Of a stretch of 64,000 nt of DNA, positions 28,010 to 35,511 are shown piece after piece. This stretch comes from Chitinophagales bacterium (GTDB taxonomy: Bacteria; Bacteroidota; Bacteroidia; Chitinophagales; JADJOU01), in the NCBI GenBank assembly GCA_044368655.1, contig JBIPPB010000001.1:11317-75316 (forward strand), given 5' to 3'. Position 1 is the first letter of the stretch; each line of letters begins with the position of its first letter. A program made the translations under genes and the position numbers. Below the pieces are notes generated by a model that saw only the letters and a list, made by a program, of their open reading frames with translations, searched no databases and was not told where the DNA came from.

Positions 28010-28807
28010 TCAGTCCTTCAATTCTACCTTTATTTGATCCCATGTCTTGTTAGTTAAAATTGGTCTGTAATCATTTAAATTGTCTTTGATACATAAAATA
28101 ATATATTCTGCTCTCTCTTTTGAATCAGGATGTGTGCTAATCCATGTTAAATATTTTGTTGCTTCATGTTCTTCATCAGATAACTTATAGAGAAAATTTG
28201 CAAATGGCTCTGGATTTACCTTTGCTTTTGTCAGAAAATCAACGGCTTTAATGTCCGCTTCTTTTTCTAAGTTTCTGTCAAATGCTGTTGAAGATAGCAT
28301 TTTTGCAGTCTCTTTAATTATTTCTGCTCCACCATTACCTGTTGTCATTGATATTAGAACTGAAAGTCCAATTTCCTTAACAAGTTTTTTCATCACATGA
28401 TTTAGCTCAATGTGAGCAATCTCATGGCATATAACACCGGTTAACTCTTCTTGATTATCCGAATTTAATATTAGTCCACTATAAATAATTAAATGCCCAT
28501 TAGGTAAAGCAAATGCATTAATTTCATCCTTATTAAGCACATGAACTTTTATTTTTTCTCTGTCAATTTTATTTGACTTACAGATATGGGTTACAATACT
28601 GTCAATTGAGTTAACTACATGAGCGTTTTTATTTTCTGCTTCCGTATTTTTAAATACTTCCCAAAAAAGCGCCCCTAGTTTTTGCTCCGTATTGTCGGTT
28701 ACTTGCTGGACTTTAAAAATTTTCATCCAGTCAATATGTGTTAAGGCATACCATGTCCCAAAAAAAAGTAATAGAGTTATTAAACCTTGTAAGATTGGCT
28801 TTTTCAT
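28010..28807 (-). CDS. M48-family zinc metalloprotease, membrane-anchored
   Basis: 265 aa. N-terminal TM helix, HEIAH zinc motif, downstream EKEAD and STHPDSKER typical of M48. The ATG overlaps the upstream stop (ATGA at 28804..28807). Confidence 0.8.
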   Translation of the reverse strand: MKKPILQGLITLLLFFGTWYALTHIDWMKIFKVQQVTDNTEQKLGALFWEVFKNTEAENKNAHVVNSIDSIVTHICKSNKIDREKIKVHVLNKDEINAFALPNGHLIIYSGLILNSDNQEELTGVICHEIAHIELNHVMKKLVKEIGLSVLISMTTGNGGAEIIKETAKMLSSTAFDRNLEKEADIKAVDFLTKAKVNPEPFANFLYKLSDEEHEATKYLTWISTHPDSKERAEYIILCIKDNLNDYRPILTNKTWDQIKVELKD

Positions 28808-29241
28808 AATTTAAATTTGCAAATTTGGTTTGTCAATGGACCATAAAACCACCATTCTACATGGATTCCTTTTCTTATCTGAATAGCAGTGAAAATGGTT
28901 GCAATAAATTCAGTGAGGTTAAAAATTACTACTGCAATTATGTAGGCAATGTATTTGTTTGAGATAGTCTCGTCAGTGAAAATTAATGATATTGTCCACC
29001 AAAACCCAAAACTATTAATAAAAAGCATCGATAATTGTGAAAGCAACGCTTGTGTGCAGTGCCAACGAACAAAGTAAGTAGATTTTCTATTGCCTAAATA
29101 AAATATCAATGTCGCAATTAAATTGACTATCGGTAGCGGCAAGCCAACAATAATTGCAATCAATGACATTAAATAGCTGCTTGAAGCAGTCTCTGCTTCA
29201 TGATCTCCAGGCTCATAAATAAATTTTTTAATACGTATCAT
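28804..29241 (-). CDS. Small polytopic membrane protein (DUF4870-like, uncertain)
   Basis: About 4 hydrophobic helices with a VRWHCTQALLSQL motif. Start chosen at MIRIKK (29241), which forms an ATGA overlap with the upstream stop. The track ORF extends to 29268. Confidence 0.6.
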   Translation of the reverse strand: MIRIKKFIYEPGDHEAETASSSYLMSLIAIIVGLPLPIVNLIATLIFYLGNRKSTYFVRWHCTQALLSQLSMLFINSFGFWWTISLIFTDETISNKYIAYIIAVVIFNLTEFIATIFTAIQIRKGIHVEWWFYGPLTNQICKFKL

Positions 29242-29654
29242 AGACCTTTTTTGATGTTCCATATCCAATTAATCATTACGAGTAAAATCAATGGGATTGA
29301 ATACTTTAGTTTTTTTAAATGGTTTTCTATATTTTGATAACAATTAAAAAGTGAATTACTATTCAATTTAATATCTGCTATAATCCAAAGAGGTGAAATC
29401 AGCATTATAAATGCCACGATGTATCCTATTGGATTTATTTCAAAGGCATCTTTAAAATCTCCCTTTGATAATGAGATAACAGAACGAGTTGAACCACAGG
29501 ATGGGCAAGGTATATTTGTTAGCTGCTTTATCAAACAAACGTCTACTGATTTGTTTTCCGTTTTATTCATTGTTGTGCAGTAAAAAATCCAAATATACCC
29601 AGCTAAACATGCTATAAATAAGATTAAATACAGCTTGTTCCTGTCGAGTGTCAT
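29238..29654 (-). CDS. DUF2752-family membrane protein
   Basis: CPSCGSTRS motif after the first TM helix. Start chosen at MTLDRNK (29654), overlapping the TM2-gene stop (TAATG). The track ORF extends to 29720. Confidence 0.7.
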   Translation of the reverse strand: MTLDRNKLYLILFIACLAGYIWIFYCTTMNKTENKSVDVCLIKQLTNIPCPSCGSTRSVISLSKGDFKDAFEINPIGYIVAFIMLISPLWIIADIKLNSNSLFNCYQNIENHLKKLKYSIPLILLVMINWIWNIKKGL

Positions 29655-29992
29655 TAAACCAAAAATTGTTGTATTTTTTGAATGTTCTTTTCTCGTGTTG
29701 CTTTTTGAATCATAAACCAATCAATAACAGCCCAGATTCCAAATCCACCACAAGTTAAAAGTTTGCCAACCCCAAGTCCTGTGTCGCCAATAATAAATCT
29801 GTCTATGCCAAAGCTCCCAGCTATAATTGAAATAATTAGAGATGTTGTTGGATCTTTAAATTGAGCCGTAGATAACATTGCCCATTTTGAATCATCAAGA
29901 GCAAGTAGACTTTCTCTAATCATGTTCATTTGGTGACTTTCGAAGAATTTTCCGTTTGACAAAATAAACATGTCAACTTTTTGTGAATCCAT
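29654..29992 (-). CDS. TM2 domain-containing membrane protein
   Basis: 112 aa. TM2 signature GSFGIDRFIIGDTGLGVGKLLTCGGFGIWAVIDWF. Confidence 0.8.
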   Translation of the reverse strand: MDSQKVDMFILSNGKFFESHQMNMIRESLLALDDSKWAMLSTAQFKDPTTSLIISIIAGSFGIDRFIIGDTGLGVGKLLTCGGFGIWAVIDWFMIQKATREKNIQKIQQFLV

Positions 29993-30181
29993 TTTTTTGT
30001 TTTTTAAGTTTTAAATAATCCTACTCGTTTGGCTTTTCAGTTTCGCCCATTTTTTGGAATGGAGTTTTGTCTCCATTTTGTTAACAATAAAAAATCTGTT
30101 TAAAATCTGACAAAATTTTTTTGTTTTTCATTTCATTTGTCTCGTGGAATGGCCTTATAAACCTACCACAAAATCATAAAC

Positions 30182-30335
30182 ACCCGCAATTATAATACAA
30201 TTTTTACAAATGTGATATTTTTTTTAGTATTATTTTCAATAATTAGAATTAATAAAGATCGTATTTAAAATTTTAGAGCTTGGCATTCCGATATTTAAGT
30301 AAAAGGGAACGTTTTTTATGAGGAAAAAGCTAGAG
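30182..30335. repeat. Island repeat copy 2 (~154-bp module)
   Basis: About 92% identical to 27753..27905. Lies between the ARH gene stop and the TM2 operon start. Confidence 0.8.
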
Positions 30336-30377
30336 ATTCCTTTTTAAATCAATAAAAAGGATGAAAAACACTAGGTG

Positions 30378-31334
30378 TTATGAGTAGATTTCATTAAGTC
30401 GCTCCATATATTTGTTAAGTTTTTCTTCTAGTTCGTCTTTGTAAATTAGTCCGTCAATGTACTTTTTAGGTATTGATTTATAACCAAATTTAGCCCCCAG
30501 AATACTTCCAGCAACACAAGCATTGGTGTCAGCGTCTCCACCTTCATGTATGACTTTTAATAAGCCATCTTCAAAATTTTCTGCTTTAAAATATGCCCAA
30601 AGTCCAGCGGACATCGATTTTAACGTATATCCGATTGAGGTCGTTTCGTCTAACATTAAATCTTCAAGGGTTGAATGATATGATTTTTCAATAAAGGGTT
30701 TTATTCTACTATCGTATTTGTCGGCAATTTTACATAGCTCGTCAAAGGTTAACAATCTTGATTCATAAAGCATGTTGGATATTAACAATGTCATAACGAC
30801 ACATGAACCGACACATCTATCATCCCAGTGAGTAACTTTAGCAATTTTCTCAGTATTTTGCGCCACTTTGTTATAATCCCAAAATGCATACGTTCCTAAA
30901 ATTGAAGTTCGCATAATTGCGCCATTAGAAGCATTATTTTGTTTTGAAAGTTTCCAAATTAATGCGGACGCTTTAAAAGGGTATAATGTAAATTGAGGTA
31001 AAGAAAGAACCTTATAAACCGTATGTCCAATTCCTAATGGAGCGTCTTTAAACCATTTATAAAGTTCTTCGGCAAATGCGATTTCATTGACTTCGCCGGA
31101 TTTAATGATTGAGTTACAGATACATAAAAATTGGTCTGTATCATCCGTCCAATCCCCAGTTTTCCATCTGCTCCGATGTTTATCTTGAACTATTTGTGCG
31201 TATTCGGAAAGACCATTAGGATAATATTCGGCAATTTGATTTTTATCCAAAAACTCCGTACCAAGTCCTAAAGCATCTCCAATAGCCTGACCATAAAAAA
31301 CACCCTTAATGATATCTATTTGATTTTCTGTCAT
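30378..31334 (-). CDS. ADP-ribosylglycohydrolase family protein
   Basis: 318 aa. Motifs GQAIGDALGLGTEF and GGDADTNACVAGSILGA. The ATG overlaps the upstream stop (TAATG at 31332..31336). Confidence 0.85.
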   Translation of the reverse strand: MTENQIDIIKGVFYGQAIGDALGLGTEFLDKNQIAEYYPNGLSEYAQIVQDKHRSRWKTGDWTDDTDQFLCICNSIIKSGEVNEIAFAEELYKWFKDAPLGIGHTVYKVLSLPQFTLYPFKASALIWKLSKQNNASNGAIMRTSILGTYAFWDYNKVAQNTEKIAKVTHWDDRCVGSCVVMTLLISNMLYESRLLTFDELCKIADKYDSRIKPFIEKSYHSTLEDLMLDETTSIGYTLKSMSAGLWAYFKAENFEDGLLKVIHEGGDADTNACVAGSILGAKFGYKSIPKKYIDGLIYKDELEEKLNKYMERLNEIYS

Positions 31335-32101
31335 TATTTGATTTGTTCGTTTATCTTTTTAATTTTACTATCCGTCACACCAATTATTACTCCAAAACTT
31401 CCGTCTGTTTGTTTCCATTGTTTTTCTGGCAAATATGTCCTTGATACAAAACCGTCTAGATACAATGCATTTTTACAACCTAAACTTTTGAAGTATTTGG
31501 CAAAGTTATAAAAATTGATTTCCGTTTTAGACATCGCGAATATTACTTTATTGTTAGGCAAAATACTAACACCATTTCTTATATTCAAATTATTTGAATT
31601 TTCTTTAAAAGCTGAATTAATTTTACCGTCAACGACAAGCATTGGTCCGGATTGTGTAGCGTATTTTATTGCTCCATTATCTTCAAAGTCTTCTGTTTTG
31701 CATAAATAGGGAATCCTATTCGCAGTAATATAAAAAATGCCATTTGGTTTTATGTAAAAATTCCCACTTCCGACCTCTTTATTTATCTTCTTTTGAATTT
31801 TGCCGTTTTCTATATAAAGTCCTAATGGCCTTAAATCTTCCATATACATTCCCCCATTCATTGCAAAGATCAACGTCTTTTTTTTACCTTCAATATAAGA
31901 TTTCAAGTTTTGGATGCTACCAAAATTTACGCCGTTATCATTTTTCCAATAAAATTTCAAATCTTGTGTTTTTGTATCAACGGTATAATCCAAAATATAT
32001 TCGACCATTGAGTTTTGAGATGCTATAAAGTTAATTAATCCTACTATAAGCAGAAATAATAAACTCAATAAAAATATATTCCATTTACTTTTCAATTCCA
32101 T
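31334..32101 (-). CDS. Phosphodiester glycosidase (DUF2233) family protein, N-terminally anchored
   Basis: 255 aa. N-terminal TM helix; motifs NGGMY, ATQSGPMLV and ALYLDGF typical of DUF2233/NAGPA-like proteins. Confidence 0.7.
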   Translation of the reverse strand: MELKSKWNIFLLSLLFLLIVGLINFIASQNSMVEYILDYTVDTKTQDLKFYWKNDNGVNFGSIQNLKSYIEGKKKTLIFAMNGGMYMEDLRPLGLYIENGKIQKKINKEVGSGNFYIKPNGIFYITANRIPYLCKTEDFEDNGAIKYATQSGPMLVVDGKINSAFKENSNNLNIRNGVSILPNNKVIFAMSKTEINFYNFAKYFKSLGCKNALYLDGFVSRTYLPEKQWKQTDGSFGVIIGVTDSKIKKINEQIK

Positions 32102-32240
32102 ATTGTCTTTTTAAAATGTTACGTATTCGAAAGAGGATTTTAAAACACAAAGCATTAACTATATTCTAAGGTTTATTCTAACATCGAACTTCAGTATTAC
32201 AAATTAATTACAAAGTCTGAAACAAAACAATTACTAAAAG

Positions 32241-32651
32241 CTATTTTAATTCTATCTTTGTTAATACACTTTCAACTACCCTTTCACTATAGTTCGAACT
32301 TGATTTGATATATATTTTGTCGTTTTCAATTTTTTGTATTTCGACTTTTAAAATATCCGTTGGTTGTCCGGAAAGGATGATGTTGCCCTTAACAAGTTTT
32401 TTATTTCTCAATTCGTATGTGCAATTATCTATCCAAATTAGATCAAATGTCGCTTCGTATTTTAGCGAATCGTTTACTTCAGTTTGATTTGTTTTTGTTC
32501 TTGTTATGATTGTTTTACCATATGTTGGAGTTACAACTTCAAATTTCCCTGCTTTAACCGACTTACATTCATTAGTTTGTCCTAAAGCTCCATCATATAT
32601 CAAAATACTTAGTAAAAAAATTAGAATTGTCAATTTCGTTTGTTTTTTCAT
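32241..32651 (-). CDS. Small secreted protein, family unknown
   Basis: Start chosen at MKKQTKLTILIFLL (32651); the track ORF extends to 32678. Preceded by the conserved 41-nt leader. Confidence 0.55.
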   Translation of the reverse strand: MKKQTKLTILIFLLSILIYDGALGQTNECKSVKAGKFEVVTPTYGKTIITRTKTNQTEVNDSLKYEATFDLIWIDNCTYELRNKKLVKGNIILSGQPTDILKVEIQKIENDKIYIKSSSNYSERVVESVLTKIELK

Positions 32652-32668
32652 GATAGTGTTATTTATAG

Positions 32669-32709
32669 TTACACCCAACTCGTTAATACCCGCAATTATA
32701 ATACAATTT
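32669..32709. repeat. Island repeat copy 3 (41-nt leader module only)
   Basis: ttacacccaactcgttaatacccgcaattataatacaattt, matching 27734..27774 with 2 mismatches. Confidence 0.75.
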
Positions 32710-32796
32710 CCACAAATCCAATAATTTTTACATTAAAATAACTCCTTTTTAATAATTTTTAAGAAACCAATACGAGTTTTATAAAATAGCCACTTG

Positions 32797-32926
32797 CTAC
32801 CAATTTCGAAATACGTTTTGAATATGTTTCGATTTTTTTTGATATTCTTCTAAAAAGGCTTTTTGATATAAAATTTGCCTTGGAATGCTGTTGGTGGCTT
32901 GGGAGTCTTCATCGGTGGTTAAGACC
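32797..32926. repeat. att-like direct repeat, copy B (functional dnaG 3' end)
   Basis: Aligns to 26988..27116. The perfect core is 32841..32897. Confidence 0.85.
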
Positions 32927-34773
32927 ATTTCGTAGATTTGTTTACTCAATTTTTCCATTTGGGCAATATACACTTGATTAATCACATCCGAAATTTCTTT
33001 TTTGAAATACATCCCATAATGCGGAATGATTTTGGTTTCGTTATTTTTACCCCATTTCCCAATAAATTCATGTTCGTATTTAAAGCAATTTTTAGCTACA
33101 AATTCCGAAATTTCAGGATCTTGATGGGTGGCATAAAACCGAAACGGTTCAATACGTCCCGATAAATAATTCCCTTTGATGGTGTCAAACATTTTTTGAC
33201 AAATCGTTAATTCAAATTCATAATCGTTGATCATGTCATCAAAAACATACTGCAAAACGATCTTGTCATCATCCGAAAAAAATGGATTTTCGTGCTCATC
33301 AAATACTTTATCGCCATATTCGAGCAATACTCTACAAAGTTCGATTTCTACCATATGCAAACGGTTCGAACGCGGCATGTCTTCGAAATTTTCATAAGAA
33401 TCCGTTTCCCAGTTCGCTTCGTCTTGAGCGGCGTCTTGTTGGGGCGTTTCTTCTTTTTTGGCTTTTAGTCTTTGCTGAACAATCGTTTTTTGCGTTTCGC
33501 GGGCAAGCAAATCTTCATCTACTTGCATCAAAATCGCACATTCTTTTTGGTAAAAACTACGTTTGATAGGATCTTTGACCAAACTGATGGTTTTAATCAT
33601 TTCCCGAACCAATTCCGATTTTTTCACAGGGTCATTGCCGGCCTCTTGGCTATATAAATACGCTTGAAACGTAATAATATCTTTCGCATTTTTTTCGATA
33701 TAACTCTTCAAAGCTATACCTCCATGGGCTTTTACATACGAGTCGGGGTCGTGATTATCGGGCAAAAGGGCTAATTTTACGTTCATGCCATTCTGCAAAA
33801 CCAATTCCATTCCACGAATGGCTGCTTTGATTCCGGCTTGATCACCATCGTAAAGTATCGTAATATTTTCGGTAAATCGTTTGATCAGCTTAATTTGATC
33901 TTCGGTTAGGCTGGTGCCACTACTCGAAACGACATTATGAATCCCGGCTTGATACAATTGCAAAACATCCATGTAGCCTTCTACCAAAATACAACCGTCG
34001 GTTACTATACTTTTTTTGGCCACATGAAGCCCATACAACACCTTACTTTTACTATAAATTTCACTTTCTGGGCTATTAAAATATTTGGCGGCTTTGTCGT
34101 CTTTTTTTAGCGTTCGGGCACCAAAACCTATCGGTTTTCCTGATAAATTTAAAATAGGAAAAATGATACGTCCTTTATAAAAATCGCGCAACGTACCGTC
34201 ATCATTTTTTCGAACCAACCCTAATTGTATAAGATATTCTTCTTTATAGCCCGATTTTAAAGCGGTTTTGTTATAATCATCCCAGCTGTCCATACAATAG
34301 CCGAGCTTAAAGGAATCGATAGTTTCAAGCGAAAGTCCTCGTTCTTTAAAATAACTTAAACCAACGATTTTGCCTTCTTCACGAGATAATAAATTATGAT
34401 TAAAAAATTGTGTCGTGTACTCATTGACTATCAACAACGATTCTTTGAGGGTTCGATTTTCTTTTTCTTCTTGGGTATCTTCGGTTTCTTCTAGAGTAAT
34501 CGAATATTTTTTGGCTAAATACCTTACGGCATCTACAAAAGACATTTTCTCGTGATTCATCAAAAACTTAACGGAATTACCACTGGCACCGCATCCAAAA
34601 CATTTATAAATTCCTTTGGATGGCGAAATAACAAAACTCGGCGTTTTTTCGTCGTGAAATGGGCAATTGGATTTATAATTAGCGCCAAAACGACGCAATG
34701 TGATAAAATCACCCAAAACTTCTTCAACTTTTGCGGTATCTAAAACCTGTTGAACCGAATTTTGTTTTATCAT
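32797..34773 (-). CDS. dnaG: DNA primase
   Basis: 658 aa. Zinc finger CPFHDEKTPSF..CFGCG; TOPRIM motifs EGYMDV and YDGDQAG. Confidence 0.95.
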   Translation of the reverse strand: MIKQNSVQQVLDTAKVEEVLGDFITLRRFGANYKSNCPFHDEKTPSFVISPSKGIYKCFGCGASGNSVKFLMNHEKMSFVDAVRYLAKKYSITLEETEDTQEEKENRTLKESLLIVNEYTTQFFNHNLLSREEGKIVGLSYFKERGLSLETIDSFKLGYCMDSWDDYNKTALKSGYKEEYLIQLGLVRKNDDGTLRDFYKGRIIFPILNLSGKPIGFGARTLKKDDKAAKYFNSPESEIYSKSKVLYGLHVAKKSIVTDGCILVEGYMDVLQLYQAGIHNVVSSSGTSLTEDQIKLIKRFTENITILYDGDQAGIKAAIRGMELVLQNGMNVKLALLPDNHDPDSYVKAHGGIALKSYIEKNAKDIITFQAYLYSQEAGNDPVKKSELVREMIKTISLVKDPIKRSFYQKECAILMQVDEDLLARETQKTIVQQRLKAKKEETPQQDAAQDEANWETDSYENFEDMPRSNRLHMVEIELCRVLLEYGDKVFDEHENPFFSDDDKIVLQYVFDDMINDYEFELTICQKMFDTIKGNYLSGRIEPFRFYATHQDPEISEFVAKNCFKYEHEFIGKWGKNNETKIIPHYGMYFKKEISDVINQVYIAQMEKLSKQIYEMVLTTDEDSQATNSIPRQILYQKAFLEEYQKKSKHIQNVFRNW

Positions 34774-35369
34774 CCCGATGGATTACTTTTATGATATAAT
34801 TTGGCAATATATTTTCCTAAAACATCAAATTCGATATTCACTTTCGACCCCACTTGCCAAGCATTGGCATTGGTATGCGATAAGGTATACGGAATTAATG
34901 AAACGTTAAAGGTATCTTCGGTAATTTGGTGGCAAGTTAAACTAATTCCATCCAACGCCACGCTGCCTTTTTCAATGACCAGGGCACTAAATTTTGGATT
35001 TATCTTAAAAGTAAAGACAATACTTCCTTCTTTTTCTTCACGACCCGAACAAATGGCCACATCATCCACATGTCCTTGAACAATATGCCCATCCAATCTT
35101 GCGCCAAGTGCCACACATCGTTCGATATTGACAATATCTCCTTCGTTCCAATCGCCGATGTTGGTTTTTGAAATGGTTTCTTCAATTGCTGTAATTCGGT
35201 ATTGCGAAGCATTGATATCATCTACCGTAAGGCAAATTCCGTTATGCATTACGCTTTGGTCAATCTTTAATTCTTGAACGATTGTAGATTCAAACCACAA
35301 GACTAAATTGCCTTGAATTAAATTTTTTTGGACTAACAACGCCGTATTTTCAACTATTCCTGTAAACAT
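34770..35369 (-). CDS. ribE: Riboflavin synthase
   Basis: 199 aa. MFTGIVE start and two lumazine-binding repeats. The stop overlaps the dnaG start (ATGA). Confidence 0.92.
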   Translation of the reverse strand: MFTGIVENTALLVQKNLIQGNLVLWFESTIVQELKIDQSVMHNGICLTVDDINASQYRITAIEETISKTNIGDWNEGDIVNIERCVALGARLDGHIVQGHVDDVAICSGREEKEGSIVFTFKINPKFSALVIEKGSVALDGISLTCHQITEDTFNVSLIPYTLSHTNANAWQVGSKVNIEFDVLGKYIAKLYHKSNPSG

Positions 35370-35476
35370 AAATGCAAAGATAAAACATAGAGATTAAATA
35401 TTAATTTTTAATAAAGTGGAATTATTAAAAAAAACAAAGACCTTCAATAATTTATAAAGAAAACAGACTTTTATTG

Positions 35477-35484
35477 TATATTTG
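35477..35484 (+). promoter_or_regulatory. Candidate -7 promoter box (TATATTTG)
   Basis: TAnnTTTG match 27 nt upstream of ATG 35512. Confidence 0.5.
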
Positions 35485-35511
35485 TAGCATTTTAAAATTT
35501 ATTTTTAAGTC

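Larger units (their letters stand above)
27117..32796. mobile_element. Putative integrated genomic island in the 3' end of dnaG; no recombinase gene recognised
   Basis: 5.7 kb bounded by direct repeats of the dnaG 3' end. All 8 genes are on the minus strand, with internal repeat modules. The call is an inference from the duplication pattern. Confidence 0.5.

Noticed and set aside
27734-32709. CRISPR array or integron attC array as an explanation for the island repeats
   Set aside because: There are only three copies, spaced 2.4-2.5 kb apart, with whole genes between them, so this is not a CRISPR. I found no clear R''-L''/L'-R' inverted-repeat attC structure and no intI. The integron idea is kept only as an analogy.
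35370-35511. FMN riboswitch upstream of ribE; also a minus-strand TATCTTTG box at 35375..35382
   Set aside because: No FMN-element conserved helices are visible in the 142-nt gap. The promoter-like box ends only 5 nt before the ribE ATG, which would imply a leaderless mRNA. That is possible but unsupported, so I did not list it as a feature.
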